A stretch of 64,000 nt of DNA from Octopus sinensis (lineage: Eukaryota), in contig NC_043003.1 in the NCBI RefSeq assembly GCF_006345805.1, positions 18,538,001 to 18,602,000 on the forward strand, read 5' to 3'. Positions within the stretch are counted from its first letter, which is position 1. Each line of letters starts with the position of its first letter. The position numbers were made by a program, and so were the translations under genes. The notes beneath the pieces are model-generated. The model saw nothing but the letters and a program-made list of their open reading frames with translations, was not told the DNA's origin and ran no database searches. This document shows, piece after piece, positions 52,731-64,000 of the stretch.

Positions 52731-54079
52731 CATACATATATGCATGTATTAGAGCAGACAAGATTCTCTGTGAAATAAGAGACAAGCATACAATTATAAT
52801 GCATGAAATTCATGGCTCGTTAATCAGAAGCATGAATAAATTGTACACCAGAGGCGATAACAAGCTAGTAGAGGATTTGATGAGGCGAAGGAGTGGTGGT
52901 TGAAGATCTAAAAATGAATATAAACATATAAACCACTTAACCAAAGAAAAGAAAATGCCAGAGAAGTGCAAATTATCTTATGCCACCTGAGACTTAATGA
53001 GTCATGTCGTCTTTATGCTAGTGATCATGGTGAGTTTGTAGTTTAGAGCCTTTAGTTCCAGTTACAACTTCATTATTTTCGACTTTCAGGCACTCTATGT
53101 GCTTGGAGTTGCATTGAAGAACGAGCAGTAAAATACTGAAAATAATTAGCATCAAAGACAGATTGATTTAAATGAGGAAAATAGGTACTAAAGGTTTTCC
53201 TGTTGTGATCTTTTAATAAGAGTGTATGTAAGCAAAATAATCTATTTATCTAGCATCATGATTCGTCATCATTTAACATACACCTTTTTATGGTTGCACA
53301 GGTCAGGTGGAATTTGCTGAGAAACATTTTCTAAAGTCAGATGCTCTTTCTCTTACAAACCCTCACCTCTTTCAAAGCAAGGTAGTATTTCTCATGGCAA
53401 GACACATTTTTCACAGAAGACTGGAAACAAACAATAGCTTGTAAGATGTTGACACTTGATTACAACCATTATGTGATACCAATACAAGGATGGACACACA
53501 CGAGCTTCTTTTTGGTTTCTCTCTACTAAATCTGTTTGCAAGGTTTTAATTGACCAGGGTCTGTAGTATAAGACAAGCCTGAGGTGCAGTGCTGTGGGAC
53601 TGAACCTGAAAGCATACGGTTGGGATGCAAGCTTCTCAACCACATAGCTATGCCTGTGACAATCAATAATTTTTATTAAAAAAAAACAGGAAAAAAGAGC
53701 CACTTCATACAAAGTTATAATAAGAATAAGGTTTATATTTTCCTTAGCGTTATCGTTACCACTAACTAAATATATTTAACAATACTTCATTATCCAACAT
53801 GAATTAATATATTCAAAACAGCCACAATTTAGCTGCTTCATACTTAATTGCTTACTGTTTGTAATATAAAAAAAAAAATCTGGTCACCAATTGTAAGATA
53901 AATAAATGAATAAATTATAGATGCAATTAATTGAAAGCGTATGTTAGTTTTACGCAATATATTTTGTGGTAGTTTTATGTAATGTATTTTGTAATTTATG
54001 TAATATATTTTGTGCAGAAGCCTATGTTGTCTTTACATAATATCTAGCAATTATGATACCTATCAGGTGGTTGGAACTG

Positions 54080-54116
<37 letters not shown>

Positions 54117-55463
54117 GACAGATATAGATATTTTGGGTATGTAATTTAAATTATGTCATTTGCACATTGATGTAAATTACAATGTAAAATAAGCTGTATT
54201 ACTGAAGCACATATTGATATTTCTACACATTTAAATATGGAAAATTTATAAATATATAAAACCATGTTTGAATTTATATCACCCTCTCTTGTTTTTTGTA
54301 TTTACCAGAGAGACGCATGCATATACACACACACATATATAAATTCAGAAAAGAGAGACAGACAAAAAGTGTTATATTTTAGGATCAAAACTCTATGGAG
54401 AAGAAAGAAAAGATTTCATATCATGGACATAGAATTTAAACTACTTTTAAACAAATGCAAATAGGTAAATTATCCCAGCCAACACTTATTTCAAAATAGA
54501 TATATAACATTTTGTGAGAGACAGTTGCTAGTTTTTTTCTCTTTTCTTTTTTTTTTTTTTTTTTTTGTATGTGGATTTATTCAGTAAAGACTATTCTGAT
54601 TCTAGTTTCAGGTGATAAAACAAGACGTGCAGATGAAACCTACTGATTTCACTGAAAAAAAAATAAAGTAATAAATAAAAATGAAACATAAATAAATAAG
54701 AAGTAAATGAAATCAGCCTAGTCTTCAATCTTACATGAAACCTATACAAAACAAAGCAGTTTCTTGCAAATATTATCATTACATGATGTTGTGATGTGAT
54801 ATGACAAGTAATTTCTTTTTGGTTTCATACAAAGATGAAGCAAATTGTAAAAGTGGAAGCAAAAGAAAAGGAGAGGCAAATCCTAACTCGACATTACTAA
54901 TTTACAGAGACTATACATTCCAAGAACATAAAAACACTTCCTCCACCCTTGAACACAGCTAAAAGTCATCTAACCCCATTCAAGTGTTAGGTTTTTACTG
55001 TCTGTCCCAGATAATGATTCAAGGTAACCAAACAGCTTTCAGTGAGCCATGGCAAAAGCTAAGCTACTTTCTTGCTAGTTAGATCAAATTCAACAATGAA
55101 TTATTTTGACCCTTTAAAAATCAAACATATTCATTTGTGTGTGGTCAGCTTTACTAGCCCTTTCCAAAAAGGACTAGTAATTCAGTCCCTCCCCCCACAC
55201 CTGTTAGGAATATTTGGGATAAAGAATTTTACGCCCAAAACACAATGAAACATTCATAAAGGATTGTAACTCACAACCTAAGTGCTGGTAATACAATACC
55301 CTATCAACTTACACATACCTATAGAAGCTGAATTAGATGTAAAGCACAAATTCTTCTTTTACTTCAGTGCTATTCTTTCCTCTGGAACAGTGCATTCTAC
55401 CCACTCCCCACCACCACATATCTCTCTCTGTCTCTCTCTCATCCTGACCCAAATGCTCTAGAT

Positions 55464-55739
55464 CAGTGTTTCTCAACCAGTTTTCACCTATGGACCCCTT
55501 TAAACCCTATTTTACTCAGGTGTACCCTCATAACCATTCCACTCAGGTAGATCCTCATAACCGTGTTTAAAAACTCTGATGGTATTTTTTATAATTAAAT
55601 ATTATTAGCAATTGAATAAAAAATTTTTCAAATACTTTGTGCATTGTAGGAGTATAAACAATTTATTGCACATAAATTTTAACAACAGAATCTCATGTGG
55701 ATCCCTGAGGGTCGTCTAGGCCCCAGTTGAGAACCAGTG
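55464..55739. mobile_element. hAT (Charlie-like) MITE, 276 bp
   Basis: TIR CAGTGTTTCTCAAC / GTTGAGAACCAGTG. 8-bp TSD ctctagat / ctctaggc fits the NTCTAGAN target. Confidence 0.85.
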
Positions 55740-55785
55740 CTCTAGGCCAATAACTCCCAATTCATTTCATTTAATGTCCTATTAA

Positions 55786-56359
55786 TCCTTTCAATATCTG
55801 CAGAAAACAGATATATCCACTCAAAATTTCATTGTCTTTAACTGCAGAAAGCAATCTTGCTTACCAATCTTTCTTTTGTTGAGGAATGTCATGTTTGAAA
55901 CTATTTTGCTTTTGAGTTATGTCAAGTTTATGAAGGCAGAAAATACCAATTCTATTTTGTGATAGATATGTAAGATAATTACTGAAATCATCATCATCAT
56001 CATCATCGTTTAACGTCCGCTTTCCATGCTGGCATGGGCTGGATGATTTGACTAAGGACTGGCGAGCCAGATGGCTGCACCAGGCTCCAATCTGATCTGG
56101 CAGAGTTTCTACAGATGGATGCCCTTCCTAATGCCAACCACTCCGAGAGTGTAGTGGGTGCTTTTACATGTCACCGGCACAAGGGCCAGTCAGGCAGTAC
56201 TGGCAACGGCCACGCTCAAATGGTGTTTTTTACGTGCCACCTGCACAGGAGCCAGTACAGTGGCACTGGCAACGACCTTGCTCGAATGGTGCTTTTTATG
56301 TGCCACTGGCACGGAAGCCAGTCAGCTAACCAGGAAATTTTAATTTTGCAGTTTAAGGG
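55786..56359. mobile_element. piggyBac-type MITE (2202 family) interrupted by a SINE insertion
   Basis: TTAA-TCCTTT start and AAGGG-TTAA end. The family motif ttactggaat|aaccaggaaattt is split by the SINE at about 55988-56330. Confidence 0.7.
55988..56330 (-). mobile_element. Family-D element on the minus strand, nested in a MITE
   Basis: catcatcatcgtttaacgtccgctttccatgc... is the reverse complement of the family-D 3' block. Confidence 0.85.
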
Positions 56360-56965
56360 TTAAAGTGAAGGTAGCAGTAGTGTCCATTAAATAAAGCTAT
56401 GCGTTCTGTGATTTGGGGAAAATCATAAAAATGTTCCATGTAAAAAACAGCAGTTAAGAACCACACTGCCATCTTGCAAAAAAGTTTTTATGCATCAACA
56501 CTATCAAAAATAAAAAATATAATAACAACAAAAACATATTAGACCGTTGTTAGATCATAAAGTCTTTATGATATTTCTATTGCTTCCAACATGGTTTCAG
56601 CTATCTACAAAGTGTAACTGATACATTTGCCGTTCCAGCAGTGTTTCATTTTCCTAAGTTAGTAAGCCTAACCTAGGAACTCCTTTTCTTTTGCAAATGG
56701 TTCACGCATGTCACTAACCTGTAACTACTTAAAACTGAACATTACTGAATCACTCATTGCTATGATTGATTCAGTAATACTTTAGCGATTCCTTGAGTCT
56801 ACTCTGAGCTGGATTGATAGAAGATGACAGTAGTGATAACATTAGCGGCGGCAATGGTGATGATAAGAGACAGTGGTGATGATGAAGATGTTAGAATCTG
56901 ACAGGTAATGTTCCAACAAAGTTTTGAATGAAAAACACAGAAAATAAAGCAAAACTACACACACA

Positions 56966-57325
56966 CACAACCACATCATTATTGTCATTTAATATCCACT
57001 TTTCTATGGATCAGATGGAGATTATTGAGGTAGATTTTTTATGGCCAGATACCCTTGTCACCAAACCTCACCTGGTTCCAAGCAAGGTAATATTTCCCCC
57101 ATGGCCACAAATTTTTTCCCCACAGAAGACTAGAAACAAACAACCTCACTTATATGATGGTAATGCTCATTTACGACCATCCTATGGTGTCAGAACAGGG
57201 GACACACACACAATGAACTTCTTTCAGTTTCTGTCCATCAAATCCACTACAAGTCTTTGGTCAGCCCAAGACTGAACCTGAGACTACACGGTCAGTGAGC
57301 AAGTTTCCTAACCACACAGCCACAC
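56966..57325 (-). mobile_element. Chimeric SINE: family-C head, distinct body, family-D-like 3' end; body fragments also at 23255-23430 and 53330-53480
   Basis: Head ggctgtgtggttagg at about 57320; tail catagaaagtggatattaaatgac at about 56990. Confidence 0.6.
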
Positions 57326-57363
57326 CTTCACCTTATACATATAAAAGCATCAAAAGTACTAAC

Positions 57364-57581
57364 CTAATTTCATTATTGATTGCATCCAGCTGTTCTTGGA
57401 TCATCAAGGCCAATGTTTGTGCATCTGTATGGCCAGAGGGTGAAAGTAAGTCAACAGCGCCAAATATGGACTCTGTGTCGTCGGTCCCTTCAGTGTCACT
57501 GGTATCAAAAGCTTGTTGAACATTAGCCAACACATGTGCTTGTTGTATTTTCTCCCACTCCTGTTCATTCAGTGTGTTCAC
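57364..57581 (-). CDS. PPFIA: Liprin-alpha coding exon (218 nt, phase 0 to 2): [26 protein letters not shown]...[26 protein letters not shown]
   Basis: Acceptor tttccttatttcag, donor AG|gttagt. TLNEQ.WE..QQA.VLANV.QAF and [22 protein letters not shown] are hallmark liprin-alpha motifs. Confidence 0.97.
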
Positions 57582-57599
57582 CTGAAATAAGGAAATAAT

Positions 57600-58110
57600 A
57601 GTAATAATAATAACAATAACAACAATAATAGTTTCAAATTTTGGCGCAGGGCCAGCAAGTTTTTGGGGAAGGGACAAGCCAATTACATCAACCCCAGTAC
57701 TTAACTGGTACTTATTTTATCAACCCTAAAAGACGGAAAGGCAAAGGTAACCATGGTGGAATTTGAACTCAGAACAAAAAAAAACAGACAAAATGCCAAT
57801 AAGCATTTTGCCCAGCATGCTAACAATTATACCAACTTGCCATAATAATAATAATCCTTTCTACTATAGGCACAAGGCCTGAAATTTTAGGGGAGGAGAC
57901 TAGTCAATTACATCGACTCCAGTGTTTCACTGGTACTTAATTTGATCAACCCCGAAAGGATGAACGGCAAAGTCGACCCCACTGGAATTTCAACTCCGAA
58001 CATAACAATGGGTGAAATGCTGATAAGCATTTTTCCCAGCATGCTAAGGATTCTGCCAGTTTTACCATCTTTGTCATAATAATAATAATAATATAATAAT
58101 AATAATGATA
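57600..58110 (-). mobile_element. Two family-A SINEs just upstream of the 57581 acceptor
   Basis: Two units separated by (TAA)n. Confidence 0.8.
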
Positions 58111-60967
58111 TCTAAAGAGTGATTTAGAAAAGTTTAAATTTCTATCTCGTTAATGATGTAGCCAGGAGGAAGGGACCCTGCCCAAGATCTCCACAGGTCC
58201 TCCAAGATTTGTGAGATCAATACAGCTGATATCTATTTTGAACAACTGCAGGGACATTGAAAAAAAAAAAAGAGGAAAAAAAAAAGGCTTAGGCAGGATG
58301 AGATTTCTAGAAGATGAGAATGGTATGTTGGAAAAGAAGGATTAGCAAAGGTGGTTAGTGCATGGTTAGGGGACTGTATGGGTAACGGGGAGAGGAGAAA
58401 CTAGCGTACTTCTTGGTCGGTGGAGTTATGCAACCAGTAAGCTTTAAAGAGAGGCACTGTAAGTGCAAAAAAAAAAAAAAAGATGAGAATAGTATATTAG
58501 AATGACAAAATCTAAAAACCAGATTTTTAAAAATTTCGAATGACAAAATTTTTTAAAGAAAGAAATTAAAAAAAAAAAAAAAAAGCATTGAATTCTCTTT
58601 CACTTTGCCAATGGGCGATACTTCATAGAACTAATTAAAAAATGGAATGCTGGTTTCATGCCATTTTGTGGATCACTTTTTACTTTTTCTTCTGAATCAT
58701 TAGTTTTTATTTATTTACTTATTTAATTTACTTGTTACCAAATTTTAATTAATAAACTGGAAATCTGCTGCTGTTGTCCTTTATTTAGCTCTAGATCAGC
58801 CTTGGTTAAGTAGGCCTATAACCAAAAGTGCTCCAGTCTTAATATAACAAGGACCACATTGTCTAATAAGTTATTCCCTTTTTTAAAGATGGGAGGGTGT
58901 GGTTTGAGGGAATCTGGCTCAATACAAAAGTTGTTGGTGGTTATGTGAAGAAGATAAGTGAACTGAAAGGGAAGAATATGGTAGTATCCTGTTTATAGTA
59001 CCTAATTTATAGACAAGGCCAAAAGCACTCGGAATATTAGATGAACTCTCTGATTTCACCTAGTTGTAAGCAACTAGAGCATGTGGTACAATTCGTTGAG
59101 ATCAGTTATAGTAGGGTCAATAAAGTAAATACCAGCTGTGCAACAGGATTAATATAACCAACTGTGCTGGTGGCACGTAAAAAACACCATTTGAGCGTGG
59201 CCACTGCCAGTACCGCCAGACTGGCCCTCATGCCGGTGGCACGTAAAAGCACCCACTACACTCTCACTCTCGGAGTAGTTGGCGTTAGGAAAGACATCCA
59301 GCTGTAGAAACTCTGCCAGATCAGATTGGAGCCTGGTACAGCTATCTGGTTCGCCAGTCCTCAGTCAAATTGTCCAACCCATGCTAGCATGGAAAGCGGA
59401 CATTAAATGATGATGATGATGATGAACTTCCCTCTTCCCTCAAAATTGTTATCCTTGTGCCAAAAGGAAGAATTCAGGCACTGGAGTCATTATAATCGGC
59501 TAGACTCCTCCACCAAATTTCAGATCATGCTAAGCAGAGGAGGTGACACAGTGCCCATAGTCTTTCTAGTTTTTCCCAGATTGGTGGCATTAGAGCAGCA
59601 AATGCTGAACTTGAATACTTAGAAGCTAAAGTAAGCAGGAAAAAAATGTTGGTAGAAAAAGAACCAGTGGTTTGGATGGTAGTACTGAGTACAACTCTTC
59701 CAGCAGGAAAAGCTGTTTTTTCCTGCTGCCTGTGACAGTCTAGTGTCGTAGTATTGATCTCTCATCTATTCAATGCTATGGAAACTGGAATCTCATCTAC
59801 GTAATGCTGTAATGCCATGGAACTGGAATTAGACTATTATATAGACCCCAGTGTTTGACTGGTACTTATTTTATCACCCCTTCCCAAGGGATGAAAGTCG
59901 AAGTTGACCTCGACGGGATTTGAACTCAGAATGTAAGGAGCTGGATGAACACCACAAATATAATGGCAATATAAAGACTGATTCCATGCCATGGAAAACA
60001 AACCATCTAATTACTTATAGAAAGAAGTAAACAGAATAGTTGACTTATGAACAGAATGGCTATTGATTTCTATTATATATATTTTCTCCTCTCCTACCAC
60101 TTCTCTTTTAGCTTATTTCTTTGCCATCTAGTATACATATCACAGATGGAACAGTGAAGCGATAGCTATTACCTGCACCCAGAAGGTTGAATAAACACTA
60201 AATGTCACCCACAGTTGAAGTTACTAAAAATAAAAACTATCTCTCTTTTATGTAATTGATTTCTATGATGCTTCAGCTTGTTTTCTTTTAATGCACAAAT
60301 CTTGTCTCAGAAAGTAAAAAAGAATTACCACAGGAGGTGGAGGAGGGAAGAGTAAGAGTGAGAGAGAGAGAGAAGATTGCGTGGGCGGAGAAGTTGGAAG
60401 TTAGGTGCAGAGGAAGGAGATTTATTGAATTTTAAGGTAATTAATAGATTTTTTTTTCACCTTTTTCTTTTGAAAAGAATTTAAATTAAATAAGCAATTA
60501 GTTATGGTCCAGAGAGATAAATTGACAATGAAATAGGGAATAAATTAGATAGGTAAATTCATGCCATTGAAGTGCAGTGTAAAATAAATATCATCACCAA
60601 TATCATTTAATGTCCATGTTACATGCTGGCATGGGTTGGATGGTTTGATAAGCATCCAACGAGTCAAAGGACTTGATGAACAATTATATATGTAGATATA
60701 TATACATAAATATATAAAAATATATATTACACACATATCCAAAAAGTCTTCACAAACTCTGTGCAACAGTTTGTGAAGAGTTTTTCAGCTTTAATAAAAA
60801 GCTTATTATTCTACATTTGGTATTCGAGTACTATTTTTTTCCACCTTGTTTTGCATTATATATATATATATATATATAAAGCAATTGAATAACTTTGAAA
60901 ATTTGATAATGCCATTCAATGTCAAAATTTTTATGTAATTTACACAATGATAACAAAAGCTTCTTAC

Positions 60968-61094
60968 CTTAGTGGGATCCTCTACAAGGGCCTGCTCCCT
61001 TCCACGCTGTTGCCTCCGAGAGACAGTGTCCTCCCCGGTTCCCTGAATTACAACATTTGGGGGCATAGGAGGATATTGACTGCCAATGGCTGCC
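60968..61094 (-). CDS. PPFIA: Liprin-alpha internal coding exon (127 nt, phase 2 to 0): xAAIGSQYPPMPPNVVIQGTGEDTVSRRQQRGREQALVEDPTK
   Basis: Acceptor ttttcactatttaacag, donor AAG|gtaaga. RRQQRGREQALVEDPTK resembles liprin-alpha RRPQKGRLAALRDEPSK and joins in frame to the next exon. Confidence 0.9.
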
Positions 61095-61768
61095 CTGTTA
61101 AATAGTGAAAAAAAAAAAATTGGAATTAAAAAACAAAGAATGGTAAAAAGACAATTTTAAAAACAAGACAAAAAAATGAATATCTTCGCCTAGGTTAAAT
61201 ATAAGTTCCTAAATAGAGAAAAAAAAAGTGGTGGTAAGGATACAGTTTTCATTGCAAACAGGTCATACACATGGTGGATTTACAAATGGATGATCTCTCA
61301 GATAATTATTTATTTTTTTTTGATGTTAGAAAGAACAGTTTTTTTTTTTCAAGAACACACACACATTTTTTTGTTTAGTTATCCCCCACCCTCTGAGAAT
61401 TTTAAACAGCACCATCCTACTTTTTGCATTTCTTAAAAGTGGTGCTTTTTTTTTTTTTTGCATATATATATATAGTACAGAAGTATCAGTTGGCAATGTT
61501 CCCAAAAGGTTAATAGTGGTGAAAAGAAATGTCTCCAAAGTATTTGTATACAACAAAAAGTTGTTGAACAGAACTGGACTGTTTCGTAATATATTTTTGA
61601 TCCATATTTAAAACAAAATTAATTCTACAATCAATCTTCCTTTGATGAAGGTGTGTCACTTTCTTCATTCACAGACAAGTTAGCAACTCTGTTTCTTCTT
61701 GATGAGAACAATGAGATCCAACTAGTGTTTTGGATACTCATCATTTTTACAGCCCTGTTACAGCTTAC

Positions 61769-61828
61769 ATGGTGGTGGATATTTACAGCTAGACTGACTG
61801 TGCCAACTGAAAACTGGACAGATTTATA
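61769..61828 (-). promoter_or_regulatory. Candidate internal core promoter and alternative first exon of liprin-alpha (TATA, Inr, split start codon)
   Basis: TATAAAT at 61828-61822, TCAGTC Inr-like motif at 61797-61792, exon end CCACCACCAT|gtaagc. Splicing to 61094 gives CCACCATGG. Confidence 0.45.
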
Positions 61829-64000
61829 AAAGTGAATTACTAAATTAAGAGAATAGTTTAGAAAGGGCTTGAAAAAAACCCTAAAATATAATAACGCAAT
61901 TAAGTTTATATAGAAATACACACATAGGCACAGACATGGCACTTTGGGTGTCTTCTACTACAACCTAGGGCAACCAAAGCCTTATGAATGGATTTGGTAG
62001 ACAGAAACTGAAAGAAGCTTGTTGCATATATATGTGTATTGTTTGCACCACCCACCCCACTTGACAACTGGTGTTGGTGTGTTTATGGCCCTGTAACTTA
62101 TTGGTTAAGCAAAAATCAAATGACACATGAGTTAGAATGTGTTTTCTTTCATATTATTATTATTATGATTATTATTGAGTGAGAGAGAGAGCAGTGCATG
62201 CCATCAAAGTGACACTGGTGTAAAATATATGAAGCCCAGTATACCTATCATGACTACCCATCCGATGAGGCTACACCAAGCACATGCATCACAACCAAAT
62301 GTGCGCGACATGCTGATCTCATATCATGCTAAACAGCACATGACCTTGCAGGTGGGGCCCAGTTAGAATTTTCATCTGGTCATTATTATTATTATTATCA
62401 TCACTGTGTGTGTATCTTGTTTGTCCCCCAGCCCACTTGACAACCAGTGTTGGTGTGTTTACGTCCCCGTAACTTAATATTTTGGCAAAAAGAGACCAAG
62501 AGAACAAGTACCATACTCTAAAAAGAAGGCAAAAAAAAAGTTCTGAAGTTAATTCATTTGATTGAATTCTTCAAGGCAGTGCCCCAGCATGGCCACAGTC
62601 TAATGACTGAAACAAGTAAAAGATAAAAAGAAGCACACACACCACACACAGAACTGAATCTGTCCCGGTGCTTTCAATGGGTTAATTAGCCACACGCTCA
62701 GCAATAACATTATTCATCAGAGGGTAAACAGCAAAGCAATGACTGCGGCAAACATTTGCTTGAGAATAGCAAATGAATTAGACAAAAAAATATGAGAAAT
62801 ACTCTCTTTGTGGAAGGCAAAACAAAAAGAAAGAAAAAAAGTATGGCTAAAATAGGCTTTGAACCAAACACAATACTGCCAGCAGAAACAATGAATTATA
62901 ATCCCAAATAGCCACTAAAGTGATATCCAGTGAAAATCAGTCTGGAGCCAAAATGCACTGTATTAGTATTAAAAAAGAAGAAAAAAAAATCAATATTTAT
63001 GTTATTGGTGTTATTAAGGGTTCTTGTTTTCTATGCTCATCTTAACAGTTACTTATACAACCGTATTTCCCTGTAATGAAACAGGAAGAGAATGAAAACT
63101 GCAGAGACTACATACGAGAAACCAAATATGAAGTTTTAGATCTGTATTCAATTGTCATTGATTAAAAATTTTAAGTGCGCCTGGAAATGTGACTTTTACA
63201 ACAAACAGAGAAAGAAAATAAAATCAAAAAGTGTTCATGCACCCACTCAACTTTTGAGCTCTCTCTTTCTCTCACTCACTCACTCTCTCTCTCTCTCTCT
63301 CTCTCTATCTATTCCCAACTAATCTTTTTCCAATAATATTTTCTTGATATTCTAACTGAGAATATAGCTATGGAAAATATTAGCTGCAATATACATTGTA
63401 ACAAGTGTGGGTTAATCACCCTAGGGAGAAGAAAACTACACTTATTTGTTTTCCTATACAATATTGTTTCTGTTTTCTTTTTCTGCGTGTGCGTGCGTGC
63501 GCATGTGTGTGTGCGTGCGTGTGTGTTTGTTCCTTATTTTTGAAAAAATCTGCAAAGCAAATATGTGAATAGCATAATGCAAAAATGCAAGATTAATCAA
63601 CAGATAGCATCGGTTATTGTACTGGTATTATCATGAAATTGTATGTGGTATTATATAACTCAGTGAAGAGAAAACAATTTTCCTTCTCTATTCTTAGTTT
63701 AAGAGAGAGAGAGAGAGAGTGTGTGTGTGTGTGTGAGCGGAAGAGAGGTGAGCCACAGAATGAAGGTGTAGGTGTATCAAGTAGATTAATTTAGATCTAC
63801 TTTAACAGGTTTGTCACCTGCAGATACTGGATATTAAATTAATATTCCTTATTCAATTTCTGGCTTGGGATATCTTAAAAACTTAATGTATTTGTATACG
63901 ATATGATCAATCAAACTCTGGCAGATATTTTGATAATATTGAAGTTATAGCTTGCTCACAGCACATAAATAATTGAACAGTTTCTATTCTCTCATATATA

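Noticed and set aside
55151-55180. Small hairpin ttactag-c-ccttt-ccaa-aaagg-a-ctagtaa
   Set aside because: Too short and AT-rich to be distinguished from chance.
61631-61942. 103-aa minus-strand ORF
   Set aside because: No liprin-like or other recognisable motif, and not in the frame needed to join exon 61094. Its value is as the candidate first-exon region.

Overview
AT-rich, microsatellite- and repeat-dense eukaryotic DNA, most likely an octopus genome (inferred from SINE families and composition). The window lies inside one large minus-strand gene, liprin-alpha (PPFIA family). Five GT-AG exons can be read with consistent phases: 61094-60968, 57581-57364, 49349-49154, 32760-32671 and 11875-11739 (768 nt). 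They encode the middle region from RRQQRGREQALVEDPTK|VNTLNEQEW through [19 protein letters not shown] to RLERVAAALAHSDE. The N-terminal coiled coil and the SAM domains lie outside the window. The introns (3.4 to over 20 kb) contain tRNA-derived SINEs of several modular families, decayed LINE ends (R4-like RLE, RTE, CR1-like), piggyBac-, hAT- and Tc1/mariner-type MITEs, and simple repeats. Most interesting signals: (i) a candidate internal promoter and first exon whose last two bases (AT) form an ATG in CCACCATGG context only after splicing; (ii) a series of candidate micro/mini-exons (4, 15, 18/27, 21, 39, 45 nt) around a 90-nt cassette-like exon in the liprin linker; (iii) complete same-strand bias of one SINE family; (iv) inverted SINE pairs flanking exons. 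All were read by eye and need RNA and comparative validation. Repeat boundaries are approximate unless TIR/TSD positions are given.
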